Of a DNA stretch of 64,000 nt, positions 47,617 to 58,012 are shown one piece after another. Location: the NCBI GenBank assembly GCA_964596525.1, contig CAZQUL010000001.1:396830-460829 (forward strand). The letters run 5' to 3'. The first letter of the stretch is position 1, and every line of letters starts with the position of its first letter. Below the pieces are notes generated by a model. That model made no database searches. It saw only the letters and a program-made list of their open reading frames with translations, and had not been told where the DNA came from. The position numbers and the translations under genes are program-made. Origin of the DNA: an uncultured Gammaproteobacteria bacterium (lineage in GTDB: Bacteria; Patescibacteriota; Patescibacteriia; Magasanikbacterales; GWA2-37-8).

Positions 47617-48504
47617 ATGTCTCACCCGTATTTTATTGAAACCGTGGAACCGTCAACCGATTACGAACTCCTTGACTCCGGCGACGGAGACAAGCTGGAA
47701 CGTTACGGTTCTATCGTAGTCGCGCGCCCGGATCCACAGGCGCTTTGGAAAAAACAGCACCCCGAAATCTGGAAGAAAGCTCAAGCGGTGTTTACGCGCG
47801 AAGGAAAAAACGGCGGTTGGAAATTTTTCGGTACCGTGCCAGAGCGCTGGGGAATCAATTTTGCGGGGCTCGGGTTCTACATCAAACCGACGTCGTTTAA
47901 ACATACCGGCCTCTTTCCCGAGCAAGCCACCAACTGGAGCTGGATGCAAAGCCTTATCCAAAAACGCGTTTCAAGCGGTCTCGAGCGCCCTATGGTGCTC
48001 AACCTGTTCGGGTACACCGGCGGGGCAACGCTTGCTTGTGCGAAAGCTGGTGCCGACGTGTGCCATGTCGACGGTTCAAAAACCGCGATCGGCTGGGGGC
48101 GTGACAATGCTGCGCTCTCCGGTCTCGTCGAAAAGCCGATCCGCTGGATACTCGACGACGCCGTGGCGTTCGTCCGACGCGAGATAAAACGCGGCCGAAA
48201 ATACGATGGCATCGTGCTCGATCCGCCCGCTTTCGGCCATGGACCCGATGGTGAAATGTGGAAGATTGAAAACGATTTCGTGCCGCTTCTTGATATGTGT
48301 TTCGAACTTCTTTCGGACCGCGCTTTGTTTTTCCTTATCAACGGTTATGCTTCGGGTTATTCCGCAGTGGCGTATGGGAATAATCTGTTCGCACTTCAAA
48401 AAAAACAAGGCGGCCGTATCGAAACCGGTGAACTGACCATCCGAGAAACGGACGGTGGTCGCTTGTTGCCGTGTGGTATTTTTGCGCGCTGGCAGAGTGT
48501 GTAA
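47617..48504 (+). CDS. RlmI/YccW-like SAM-dependent RNA (m5C) methyltransferase
   Basis: LNLFGYTGGATLACA, VLDPPAFG (DPPxF catalytic motif), upstream PUA-like region. Confidence 0.55.
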   Translation: MSHPYFIETVEPSTDYELLDSGDGDKLERYGSIVVARPDPQALWKKQHPEIWKKAQAVFTREGKNGGWKFFGTVPERWGINFAGLGFYIKPTSFKHTGLFPEQATNWSWMQSLIQKRVSSGLERPMVLNLFGYTGGATLACAKAGADVCHVDGSKTAIGWGRDNAALSGLVEKPIRWILDDAVAFVRREIKRGRKYDGIVLDPPAFGHGPDGEMWKIENDFVPLLDMCFELLSDRALFFLINGYASGYSAVAYGNNLFALQKKQGGRIETGELTIRETDGGRLLPCGIFARWQSV

Positions 48505-48607
48505 GGCGCTCCGTTCTTTGCTCTTTGCCTTGTTGTGTGGTATAGAAAAACACTACCTTTGTTTAGCGTGTTTGAGTGTCATCCGCGCGCCAGTTTTTAG
48601 CAAACGT

Positions 48608-49333
48608 ATGATCACATCCATTTTGGCTCCGGCAACAATCAGCCCAGAAACTACCATGCCGGTGGTTCTTTTTGAGGACAATCATACTCTTGCGGTCTAC
48701 AAACCGTACGGCTGGCTTACCCAAGGCGATCAAACCGGCGATATTAGTTTGCTCGATTGGGTTAAAGACTATCTTAAAACCACGTATCATAAGCCGGGCA
48801 ATGTTTTTGTCGGCCTTGTCCATCGGCTCGATCGGCCAGTGGCTGGTATCGTAGTCTTTGCCAAAACAAGCAAAGGCGCAAGCCGCTTATCCGAGCAGTT
48901 TCGCGCCCACACCGTTACCAAGCGCTACCAAGCTCTTGTTGAAGGGAGTGTCGCTGCCGAGCGTGCCACGCTCATACATTTTCTCAGTAAAAACGAACGC
49001 ACTAATACGGTTACGGCGTACAATGCTCCTACTTTAGGAGCGCTCCGTTGTGAATTGCAATATCGCGTTTTGGAGCGCTCCGCATCTGCCACGCTCGTTG
49101 AAATAGAGCTGAAAACTGGTCGTAGTCATCAGATCCGCGCCCAATTTGCGGCTATCGGGCACCCCCTTTGCGGTGATGTAAAGTATGGTGCCACACAACC
49201 TTTTATGCCACGTGCCCTAGCCTTAGTAGCCGAGCATCTTGTATTCAGCAAGGTGGCAGGGGAGGGAGGGGTGGTCATTACGCTGCCACGTTTTTTTAAA
49301 ATGCGAGGTAAAACCATCACCGTCACTCATTGA
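48608..49333 (+). CDS. RluA-family pseudouridine synthase
   Basis: Start MITSIL. GLVHRLDRPVAGIVVFAKT catalytic Asp motif. Confidence 0.75.
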   Translation: MITSILAPATISPETTMPVVLFEDNHTLAVYKPYGWLTQGDQTGDISLLDWVKDYLKTTYHKPGNVFVGLVHRLDRPVAGIVVFAKTSKGASRLSEQFRAHTVTKRYQALVEGSVAAERATLIHFLSKNERTNTVTAYNAPTLGALRCELQYRVLERSASATLVEIELKTGRSHQIRAQFAAIGHPLCGDVKYGATQPFMPRALALVAEHLVFSKVAGEGGVVITLPRFFKMRGKTITVTH

Positions 49334-49419
49334 CAGATTTTTTATTTCCCCTATGCTTAAAATATTTATTTTAGAGCCGCGGGTTTTTGGCCCGAGTCGG
49401 GGAATGATGCCCAGTTTGT

Positions 49420-49839
49420 ATGAAATCCTTACTTTTCCACTGCAGAAATTACCGTACGCGCGTCGGGGAACTCGCTGATCGTCCAGCAACGATCTGTCCT
49501 GAACCGGTAGGTGAGCGCGAACGGTTCTGCCACGACTGCGTCGTTGCTCTCATTACGGTCGAGCGGGGCGATGTTGTTGACGAAGTTGCTGAAAAAATGG
49601 CCCGCGAGATAGAAAAAATGGCCCGTGACGTGGGGCGAACAAAAATCGTTTTGCTGCCCTTTGCCCACCTATCGAGTTCGCTCGCCGATTCTACCACCGG
49701 TATCGCCGCCATCAAACGCATTGCCGAACATGTATCTAGTGCCGCGCTTGATGTAGAACGTGGGCATTTCGGATCGCACAAAGAACTCCTTATCGATCTC
49801 TACGGGCACCCCGGCAATACGCGCTTCCGTGAATTCTAA
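49420..49839 (+). CDS. free-standing archaeal-type threonyl-tRNA synthetase editing-domain homologue (tRNA-Thr_ED / DTD-like fold)
   Basis: MKSLLFHCRNYRTRV..., CVVALITVERGDVV, KIVLLPFAHLSSSLAD and GHFGSHKELLIDLYGHPG align with the archaeal ThrRS editing-domain pattern (M.LLLIHSDY.EY...vLvafvsVEkgDe...rivlYPyAHLSs.La...FGwyK...GHP). Alignment made from memory. Confidence 0.5.
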   Translation: MKSLLFHCRNYRTRVGELADRPATICPEPVGERERFCHDCVVALITVERGDVVDEVAEKMAREIEKMARDVGRTKIVLLPFAHLSSSLADSTTGIAAIKRIAEHVSSAALDVERGHFGSHKELLIDLYGHPGNTRFREF

Positions 49840-49869
49840 AACAAACCCTGCCTGCAAGGTTTGTTTTTA
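49839..49869 (+). terminator. intrinsic terminator (AAACAAACC...GGTTTGTTTTT)
   Basis: 9-bp stem and T-run immediately after the stop codon. Confidence 0.55.
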
Positions 49870-50036
49870 GATGATTCACGCATCCCTCCTTGAACACGCG
49901 AATATCATGATTTGTTATAAAAAAATAACATAATTTAACCAAAATTTCAAGCTCGTCAACAGAATGATCGTTTTTTGTTCGTAAAAAATAACAAATTTTG
50001 ACAGATAATTTTGCAGAATGTTATAGTTCATTTCCT

Positions 50037-50840
50037 ATGAAAGCAGCGCTTAAAAACCGTAAATTGGCTGAACGACTTGAAGAAATCGGCCTTTCTCCCA
50101 AAGCCACTACTATTTACGCGGCTCTTTTAGAGCTTGGGACTGCTGTCCCATCGCGGGTAGCAGAGTACACCAAAATCAATCGTACCACCGTGTATACTAT
50201 TTTGGCGGAACTGGCAGGCTACGGCCTGATTAGTGAATTCGAACATAACAAAAAGTTGTGCTATCAGGTGGAACAACCAGTGCAACTCCTTACGTTTGCC
50301 GAAAGCCAGGTAGCGCTGGCACAGAAACGACTTGGTAGCGCTCAGCGCATCTTTCCGGAGATTGAGGGTATTTTATCGCGCTTGCCCAACCGCCCGAAGA
50401 TTCGTTACTTCGAAGGGGTTGAGGGCGTGATGGAAGTGTATCGCGATCACGTGCAGCAGCGGCGTGCGTACGAAATGGCAGCTTTCGGCAATGCGGCCGA
50501 GGTGCAGAATTTTTTTTCCAAGCGGTTTTTACGCAGCTATGTAGAGCGTAAAATGCGTCTTAAGATAACGACCCGTGCCATTTTGCCCGACAGCGAGCGC
50601 GACATTAATTACAACCAGACTATTTATCAGCACGTTCCGGCGGAGTTCTGGCCGGTCGTACGGCATGTGCCCAAAGAGATCTTCACGTTCAAGAGCGAAA
50701 TTACGATGTATGGGAACGATCGCGTCTCTGTTATCAATTTCCAGGAGCAGAGCATGGTGGGCATTATCATCGAAGATGCTACAATCCATGGCATGATGCG
50801 GATGATTTTCGAATTAGCGTGGAGGGCCTTACGAACTTAA
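50037..50840 (+). CDS. TrmB-family transcriptional regulator
   Basis: N-terminal winged HTH (IYAALLELGTAVPSRVAEYTKINRTTVYTILAELAGYGLI), C-terminal TrmB-type domain. Confidence 0.65.
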   Translation: MKAALKNRKLAERLEEIGLSPKATTIYAALLELGTAVPSRVAEYTKINRTTVYTILAELAGYGLISEFEHNKKLCYQVEQPVQLLTFAESQVALAQKRLGSAQRIFPEIEGILSRLPNRPKIRYFEGVEGVMEVYRDHVQQRRAYEMAAFGNAAEVQNFFSKRFLRSYVERKMRLKITTRAILPDSERDINYNQTIYQHVPAEFWPVVRHVPKEIFTFKSEITMYGNDRVSVINFQEQSMVGIIIEDATIHGMMRMIFELAWRALRT

Positions 50841-50849
50841 TGCACAGGT

Positions 50850-52151
50850 ATGACGCACCACGAAGCGTACCAGTGGCTTTTATCGTTCAACACCATCTCT
50901 GCGGCGCCTGCTATCGGCCCGGAGCGCCTCACGCGCATCCGGCACCTTCTCGCGGCGCTCGGCAATCCGCACCAAAAAATACGTTCTTATGTACATGTGA
51001 CCGGCACGAGCGGCAAAGGGTCGGTGGCGCTTATGTTAGGAAGCGTCCTTAAAACAGCGGGTTACAAAACTGCCGTACTCACGTCACCACACATCACCGA
51101 CATTGTAGAACGCTGGCAAATCGACGGACGGGCTATGTCTCGAGCGGATTTTGTGCGCACCGTTCAAACTATACGCCAGGCCTTGCAACGTTTCATCTCC
51201 CTTCATCCGACGGATACTGTCAGTTTTTTGGAACTGCTTACCGTGATGGGGTTTGTTTATTTTGCCGAAAAGAAGGTTGATTACGCGGTTATCGAAGTAG
51301 GTATGGGCGGCCGGTTTGATGCTACGAACGTCATTCCTTATAAAGATGTGGCAATCATCACGACAATTGGCGATGATCACCGCGCGGCGCTCGGCGGATC
51401 GCTTAAGCGCATTGCGTGGCACAAAGCCGGAATCATTACCGGCCAAACGACGGTTGTTACTGGTCTGCTGCCTAAAGCGCTTGTCCCTTACGTAAAAAAA
51501 GAAGTTACTCGTACGCAAAGTACGCTGGTGGAATGTGTAACTCTTCCGTCGTCAGGCATGTCCGACACCGACTCGTTCCGTCCCCCCACGCATACGCTTA
51601 ACGCGCAGATCGTGAGAACCGCGGCGCGTTCGCTCGGCGTCGCCGACGCGCTTATCGAACGAGGGGTGCGGCGGGTTCGTTTACCGCTCCGGTTCGAGCT
51701 TGTTTCCACCGCGCCCTACGTTATTCTCGATGGTGCGCACAATGAAGAAAAAATAGGCTCAACGGTTGCGGCCGTTCAAGAGCTTATTAGGGGTATAGAG
51801 AGCCGTGGCGGACGGGTTCGGGGCGTGCATCTCATCGTCGGTTTTTCACGCAGCAAAGACTATCCGCGCCTCATCGAGCAATTAAGCGCGTTGCCCCTCT
51901 CGAGTGTTTGTGCCACGCGCTTTGGGAGCAATATGTTCCGTAAAGCGGCGTTGCCTGGTGAGATTGTCCATCTCTTTAAAAAAAATCTGCCACGTTCTGC
52001 TGTTGTTAAGCCGTTCATTGATGGCCAGCTGGCCTGGGAATGGCTCGCGATACGTCTTAAACCAGATGATCTTGTTATCGTGACCGGCTCAATTTTTATG
52101 GCTGGAGAACTACGGCCGTATATCCGTAAACGGCTACGACAAGCATTTTAA
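50850..52151 (+). CDS. folC: bifunctional folylpolyglutamate synthase / dihydrofolate synthase (Mur-ligase family)
   Basis: HVTGTSGKGSVA P-loop, LTSPHI, DGAHN motifs. Confidence 0.75.
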   Translation: MTHHEAYQWLLSFNTISAAPAIGPERLTRIRHLLAALGNPHQKIRSYVHVTGTSGKGSVALMLGSVLKTAGYKTAVLTSPHITDIVERWQIDGRAMSRADFVRTVQTIRQALQRFISLHPTDTVSFLELLTVMGFVYFAEKKVDYAVIEVGMGGRFDATNVIPYKDVAIITTIGDDHRAALGGSLKRIAWHKAGIITGQTTVVTGLLPKALVPYVKKEVTRTQSTLVECVTLPSSGMSDTDSFRPPTHTLNAQIVRTAARSLGVADALIERGVRRVRLPLRFELVSTAPYVILDGAHNEEKIGSTVAAVQELIRGIESRGGRVRGVHLIVGFSRSKDYPRLIEQLSALPLSSVCATRFGSNMFRKAALPGEIVHLFKKNLPRSAVVKPFIDGQLAWEWLAIRLKPDDLVIVTGSIFMAGELRPYIRKRLRQAF

Positions 52152-52217
52152 CGATGATGGGGTTTTCCCAAAAAAACTTCTGTTTTCTGGCCAGTTTGAT
52201 ACACTACATTCGTATTT

Positions 52218-53294
52218 TTGACTATTGAGGGTATGGATTTTCGTAAACTTCGCAATTATTTGGTGGCGATCCTCTTGATTGGCGTGACCGGTGCGTTCAT
52301 CTGGATGCTTAAGTTTTTTGTGTACCCGCTGTTTTGGGCTGCCGTCATCGCAGCGTTGTTTTACCCGGTGTATAAGCGCATCAATGGATTTTTCCGGCAT
52401 CCCAACCTCAGTTCCCTCATCAGTATTATCATCGTAACGCTCATCATCATTATTCCGCTTACTATCGTCGGACTTTTGCTTCTAAAAGAAACCACTACGT
52501 TTTACAATGAAGTCCGCGATGCGCAGGGCAGCATCTCTCAGACTATTCAGTCGCTTAATGCCTTTGTCAAAAATAATCCGCTCACTGCCCAGTTCCACAT
52601 TGACGATGCGTATATCACGCAGAAAATTTCCGAAGGTAGCGGATTCGTACTCAACGTGCTCCTCGATAATCTCAAAACCTGGACGCAGAATTCTCTCGAA
52701 TTCGTAGCCATGTTTATCTTAATGCTTTACACGCTGTTTTTCTTCCTGCGCGATGGCGAACGGATCATCAAAAAAATCATGTATCTTTCGCCGCTGCGGA
52801 CAAAGCAAGAGCTGTCGCTTTATCACAAGTTTACCGCTACGGCCAGCTCCACCATCCGCGGCACTATTTTCATCGGCGGTATCCAGGGTTTGCTCTGTGG
52901 TATTGCGCTCGCCGTCGCCGGAGTCGATAGTGCGGTTATTTGGGGTATCGTAACCGTGTTTGCCTCTGTTATTCCTGGTTTTGGCTCATCTATCGTGTGG
53001 GTACCGGCGGCTTTATTCCTCCTGCTTGCGGGTGATATTTGGCAAGCAATTTTTGTCGCCGCGTTCGGCACTTTCATTATCAGCACCATCGACAACTTGC
53101 TTAGACCGGTACTTGTCGGCAAAGATATTCAGATGCATCCGCTCATCATCTTGTTCTCTACGCTTGGCGGTATCGCCGCATTCGGTATTTCCGGATTCCT
53201 TATCGGCCCGATCATTGCTGCGCTCTTTTTGGCCTTTTGGGAAATGTATGAAGAGTATTACACCAAAGACCTTGAGAAGCTGCAGCAACCGTAA
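52218..53294 (+). CDS. AI-2E family transporter (PerM/UPF0118)
   Basis: 8 TM helices. Conserved RPVLVGKDIQMHPL and GIAAFGISGFLIGP segments. Confidence 0.75.
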   Translation: MTIEGMDFRKLRNYLVAILLIGVTGAFIWMLKFFVYPLFWAAVIAALFYPVYKRINGFFRHPNLSSLISIIIVTLIIIIPLTIVGLLLLKETTTFYNEVRDAQGSISQTIQSLNAFVKNNPLTAQFHIDDAYITQKISEGSGFVLNVLLDNLKTWTQNSLEFVAMFILMLYTLFFFLRDGERIIKKIMYLSPLRTKQELSLYHKFTATASSTIRGTIFIGGIQGLLCGIALAVAGVDSAVIWGIVTVFASVIPGFGSSIVWVPAALFLLLAGDIWQAIFVAAFGTFIISTIDNLLRPVLVGKDIQMHPLIILFSTLGGIAAFGISGFLIGPIIAALFLAFWEMYEEYYTKDLEKLQQP

Positions 53295-53302
53295 GGCTTA
53301 CG

Positions 53303-53338
53303 CACAACAACACTCCCTTTCGGGAGTGTTGTGATTTG

Positions 53339-53340
<2 letters not shown>
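53303..53340. terminator. hairpin terminator (CACAACAACACTCCC-TTTC-GGGAGTGTTGTG) shared by the convergent AI-2E gene and the tRNA operon
   Basis: 12-15 bp perfect stem directly abutting the tRNA-Met 3' end. Confidence 0.5.
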
Positions 53341-53412
<72 letters not shown>

Positions 53413-53497
53413 ATGTAGTATGTGTGGATCCGCTCGTACAGACGACAGACTTCGGATCCCCCGAAGTCTGGTCGTTTAAGTACGTGAGCTGACCGTG

Positions 53498-53570
<73 letters not shown>

Positions 53571-53774
53571 ATGTTCACGATTATACAGCACCAAAAAGGT
53601 TTGTCAAGCGCGAAAAAGGGGTTTGGATACTCTCTCTTTGCCTCTAGGATGCGCTGTCCGCTTGCGGGTGTAAGGAGGCCTGTGGCCTAGTAATTTTAAG
53701 GAGCCGTGGCGAAAGATACAGGCTATCCAAAGAAGTCGCCGCGTTTTTTAGTGCCCGCATAGGGTATATAAATC

Positions 53775-53963
53775 ATGCGTATGAGCGAAGAAACAATCCT
53801 TAGAATGCTCCAAGATATCAAAGAGCGTGTTAATCAAGCAGCAACAAAGCAAGATGTTGCCCGTTTAGAAGAAAGAATGGTGCGTGATACCGGTCTGGTT
53901 TCCGGCCTTCTTAAAGATATTGAACGCCGGCGCTTTGAAGATTTGTTTAAGCATTCCAAGTAA
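53775..53963 (+). CDS. 62-aa small helical/coiled-coil protein upstream of dnaE
   Basis: Charged heptad-like sequence. Uncertain. Confidence 0.3.
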   Translation: MRMSEETILRMLQDIKERVNQAATKQDVARLEERMVRDTGLVSGLLKDIERRRFEDLFKHSK

Positions 53964-54037
53964 TCAGCAGCTCAGTTATCCAGAAGTTCTGTGGCCGGGT
54001 AGACAATTTCCGTTCGACTGGTTAGGATGGAACCACT

Positions 54038-57000
54038 ATGCCATTCGTCCACCTTCATACCCATAGCCACTATTCGCTTCTTGATGCATTGCCGCAAGTC
54101 GACGATCTGGTGAAAACGGCTAAGGCCAAAGGGTTTGCCGCGCTCGCCCTAACGGACCATGCCAACATGTATGGCATTATTGAGTTTTACGAGAAATGCG
54201 AGAAAGAAGGGGTTAAGCCTATTTTGGGTGTAGAATTCTACGTGACGCCCGGTAGTCGGCATGATAAAACGTCTCCTAACCAGCATTATGACCACCTCGT
54301 CCTTTTAGCACTGACCGACAAGGGTTATCGTAACCTGCTCAAACTTGTCTCGCTCTCGCATACCGAAGGCTTGCATGTGAAACCGCGCGTCGATAAGGAA
54401 CTCCTGCGCGAATACCGCGAGGGACTTGTAGCGCTCTCTGGTTGTCTTGAAGGCGAGATTCCACGCATCCTGCACAAAGAACAGAATTACGAGAAGGCCA
54501 AAAAAGTAGCGTTGGAACTACGCGATCTCTATGGTCCGGAGAATTTTTACCTTGAGCTTAACGATTTACCGGCGCTCTCTGGTCAGCAAGAGGTGAATGA
54601 TCAGCTTATCAAACTTTCAACTGATACCGGCATTCCGCTCGTCGTGACGCGCGACGCTCATTACCTCGAACCCGACGATGCTGAAGCGCAAGATGTTCTC
54701 ACCTGTATCCGCGATGGCCACAACGTAGACGATACAAGTCGCCCGAGTATGGCGAGCGTAGATTATTCTCTCGCAAGTACCGAGGAGATTACCAAGCGGT
54801 TCGCCCACGTGCCTGAGGCTATTGAGAATACGCAAAAAATCGCTGATCGCGTAGAACTTAAACTCGAGCTTAACAAATGGAAATTCGCACAGGTCGATTT
54901 GCCGCCCGGAAAAACCGTCGACGAACATTTGCGCGATACGGTGTACGAAAAACTCGAACCGCTCATGGAAATCACGGATAAAGTGCGTGAACGTGTCGAC
55001 TATGAACTCGGCATTATTACCAAAAAAGGGTATTCTCCTTATTTTTTGGTCGTTGCTGATTATGTTAACTATGCTCGTACTCACGATATCGTAGAAACCA
55101 CTCGTGGATCCGGTGCTGGGTCGCTAGTGTCATACGCGCTCGGTATTACGACGGTTAACCCGCTCGATTTTAAATTGCCGTTCGAGCGTTTTTTGAATCC
55201 GTTCCGGCCGAGCCCTCCCGATATCGATACCGACTTTGCGGATAACCGGCGCGATGACATGATCGCTTATGTCACCAAGAAATACGGTGTGGACAAAGTG
55301 GCGCAGATTATCACGTTCGGTACCATGGCGGCCCGCGGTTCCATTCGCGATGTGGGCCGCGCACTCGGGTATTCGTATTCGTTCTGCGACCAGGTTTCAA
55401 AACTGGTTCCTTTTGGCGCGCAAGGTTTTCAGATCACCATTGCCAAAGCGCTTGAGCTTGAGCCTGAACTCAAAAAACTTTACGAAACCAACGCCCAGGC
55501 GCGGCGTCTTATCGATCTGGCGCAAAAGGTAGAAGGATGTGCGCGCCATACGTCGGTACATGCCGGCGGCGTGGTTATTTCACCGACGCCTCTCACGGAC
55601 TATACGCCAGTACAGTTTGAAACGGGCGGCACCAAACTCACGACGCAGTACGAAATGCACGCTGTTGAAGCGGCTGGCGTTCTTAAAATGGACTTTTTGG
55701 GTATCCGCAACTTGTCGATTCTTGGTACGGCCATCGAAATTATTGAGAAAACGACCGGGCAAAAAATTGATATCTTTAAACTCGCTCCCTGGGACGATAA
55801 AAAAACCTACGACATGCTCGCACGGGGTGAAACTATCGGCGTCTTTCAGTTGTCGAGTTCGGGTATGACGCGCTACCTTAAAGAACTCCGCCCCACCAAT
55901 ATTTTCGACATTATGGCCATGGTGGCATTGTTTCGTCCGGGTCCCATGGAATCGATCCCTGATTACATCAAACGCGCGCACAACCCCGAGCTCGTCGACT
56001 ATCTTGATCCGCGCATGAAAGATTACCTTGACCAGTCCCTCGGGCTGATCGTGTACCAGGACGACGTGCTTTTGACCGCTATCAATTTGGCGGGTTACAA
56101 CTGGGAAGAGGCCGATAAATTCCGCAAGGCCATGGGTAAGAAAGTACCCGAAGAAATGCAGAAACAAAAAGATAAATTCTATACGGGCGCCAAAGAGCAC
56201 GGCAAACTTTCTCAAGAAGTAATCGACATATTGTGGAAACGCATCGAACCGTTTGCGGCGTACGGATTTAATAAGGCGCATGCGGCCAGCTATGCGGTAG
56301 TCGCGTATCAGACCGCGTACCTCAAAGCCAATTTTCCGGTGCAATACATGACCGCCATTCTCATCGAAGAAAGCGGGGATGTTGATAAGGTACCGCCCAT
56401 TATCCACGAAGCAGAGCGCATCGGCGTAAAAGTGTTGCCGCCGGACATCAACGAAAGCTTCAAGAGTTTCGCGATGATTACGGATAAAGAGGATGCGGCA
56501 AAAAATACGGAATTGTCATCTGCCGGGCAGCCCATTAAAGGCTACATCCGTTTCGGCCTCAACGGCATTAAAAATCTCGGTGAACATATTGCCGAAGTTA
56601 TTTACCGCGAACGCAAAGAAAACGGACGCTACAAAGACTTTGAAGATTTTCTGCGCCGCGTGAAAGACAAAGATTTGAACAAGAAGTCGCTCGAGAGTTT
56701 GGCTAAATGCGGCGCGCTCGATAGTTTTGGGTATGACCGCGGACTCATCTTGGGCAATATGGATACCATCCTCGCCTTTGTGCGCGCGAACAATGAAATT
56801 GCGGCTAATAAGCAGTTCAACTTATTCTCGGGCACTGGTATTGATCTATCGCACAAGCTCAAACTTGCTCCGGCACCCCCCGCGACCGTCGAAGATAAAT
56901 TAAAGTGGGAAAAAGATCTGCTCGGCGTGTACGTATCCGCGCATCCGTTCGAGCATTTTCAGAAAGCGCTCGGCCGCTCACTCACCGCCATCAAAGATCT

Positions 57001-57604
57001 CGGACTCTACCCGCGCAACACCTGGGTGGTCGTCGGTGGTATCATCGAAAAAGCGAAGAAAAAAATCACCCGCTCCGGCAAACCCATGATGTTCGTCGCC
57101 ATCCAAGATACGAGCGGCAGTTTGGAGCTTTTGGTTTTCCCCAAAGTATACGAAACGAGCAAAGATATCTGGATCGAAGGTGCGATGGTGTGCGTCATGG
57201 GTAAAACCTCGGAAGAGGAAGAAGATGATAAATTGTTCGTAGAAAAGGGTTATCTGCTTACGCCTGAATCAGCTCCGGCGCTTGCCGTGCAGCTCTCGGC
57301 TGTTAATATGCAGGATAAAGGCCGTAAGAACCGCGATTATGACGATTATCCATCTCGCGAAGAATTCGCCCCTGCACAACCGCAGGTGGCTTCGGTAGAA
57401 ATCGACGTGCAGAGCGAAATCGTAACTATCAAAGTCGGTTCATCGCTCGCGCCGGCGCAAATTGCTACGCTCAAGCAAATTTTTACGGCGCATCCTGGTG
57501 TACAGCGCGTGAATATACAAGCTGAAGGAAAAACTATTGCCACGCCGTTTACAATTACCGCATCGCCTGAGGTGGTAGAGCTTATCCGGCAGAGCCTGCG
57601 ATAG
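54038..57604 (+). CDS. dnaE: DNA polymerase III alpha subunit
   Basis: 1188 aa. PHP domain HLHTHSHYSLLDA, catalytic GSGAGSLVSYALGIT, Pol beta-like palm FDIDTDF. OB and tau-binding C-terminus. Confidence 0.9.
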   Translation: MPFVHLHTHSHYSLLDALPQVDDLVKTAKAKGFAALALTDHANMYGIIEFYEKCEKEGVKPILGVEFYVTPGSRHDKTSPNQHYDHLVLLALTDKGYRNLLKLVSLSHTEGLHVKPRVDKELLREYREGLVALSGCLEGEIPRILHKEQNYEKAKKVALELRDLYGPENFYLELNDLPALSGQQEVNDQLIKLSTDTGIPLVVTRDAHYLEPDDAEAQDVLTCIRDGHNVDDTSRPSMASVDYSLASTEEITKRFAHVPEAIENTQKIADRVELKLELNKWKFAQVDLPPGKTVDEHLRDTVYEKLEPLMEITDKVRERVDYELGIITKKGYSPYFLVVADYVNYARTHDIVETTRGSGAGSLVSYALGITTVNPLDFKLPFERFLNPFRPSPPDIDTDFADNRRDDMIAYVTKKYGVDKVAQIITFGTMAARGSIRDVGRALGYSYSFCDQVSKLVPFGAQGFQITIAKALELEPELKKLYETNAQARRLIDLAQKVEGCARHTSVHAGGVVISPTPLTDYTPVQFETGGTKLTTQYEMHAVEAAGVLKMDFLGIRNLSILGTAIEIIEKTTGQKIDIFKLAPWDDKKTYDMLARGETIGVFQLSSSGMTRYLKELRPTNIFDIMAMVALFRPGPMESIPDYIKRAHNPELVDYLDPRMKDYLDQSLGLIVYQDDVLLTAINLAGYNWEEADKFRKAMGKKVPEEMQKQKDKFYTGAKEHGKLSQEVIDILWKRIEPFAAYGFNKAHAASYAVVAYQTAYLKANFPVQYMTAILIEESGDVDKVPPIIHEAERIGVKVLPPDINESFKSFAMITDKEDAAKNTELSSAGQPIKGYIRFGLNGIKNLGEHIAEVIYRERKENGRYKDFEDFLRRVKDKDLNKKSLESLAKCGALDSFGYDRGLILGNMDTILAFVRANNEIAANKQFNLFSGTGIDLSHKLKLAPAPPATVEDKLKWEKDLLGVYVSAHPFEHFQKALGRSLTAIKDLGLYPRNTWVVVGGIIEKAKKKITRSGKPMMFVAIQDTSGSLELLVFPKVYETSKDIWIEGAMVCVMGKTSEEEEDDKLFVEKGYLLTPESAPALAVQLSAVNMQDKGRKNRDYDDYPSREEFAPAQPQVASVEIDVQSEIVTIKVGSSLAPAQIATLKQIFTAHPGVQRVNIQAEGKTIATPFTITASPEVVELIRQSLR

Positions 57605-57611
57605 AAGATAA

Positions 57612-57640
57612 CAAAAAAACGGCAGTGTTGCGCTGCCGCA
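57612..57640 (-). terminator. intrinsic terminator of csp (CGGCAGCGCAACACTGCCG then T7 on the minus strand)
   Basis: Read from sequence. A7 on the + strand precedes the hairpin. Confidence 0.55.
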
Positions 57641-57663
57641 GTGAAAAAGGGCGAATCCCGAGA

Positions 57664-57942
57664 TTACTGCCTTACGCCACTCCCGTTGGGTGCCGCTCTC
57701 GTCACCCGTACGTTCTTGGCGAGGAGGCCTTTGGGGCCTACGTTGATTTCGAAGGCAACATCGTCACCTTCATTGAGCGACCGGCGCGCTTCGCCATTCC
57801 CGACGATGTTCGAGAAATGGACGAAGACATCCGGTCCTCCGCTTCCCTGGGCGATGAATCCATAGCCCTTGGCATCGCTGAACCACTTCACCTTGCCGGA
57901 AGTGGCCCTGCCCTCCTGTCCTTCAAACGCCAGCTCAGACAT
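57664..57942 (-). CDS. cold-shock domain protein with N- and C-terminal extensions
   Basis: GKVKWFSDAKGYGFI and DVFVHFS RNP motifs. SD AAGGAGAAGG. Confidence 0.8.
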   Translation of the reverse strand: MSELAFEGQEGRATSGKVKWFSDAKGYGFIAQGSGGPDVFVHFSNIVGNGEARRSLNEGDDVAFEINVGPKGLLAKNVRVTRAAPNGSGVRQ

Positions 57943-58012
57943 GTTCCTTCTCCTTGCCCCGTTCCTTAGGGCAACGGGTATCCTGCCTCCTGCTTATTTT
58001 TTTGTCAACTTG

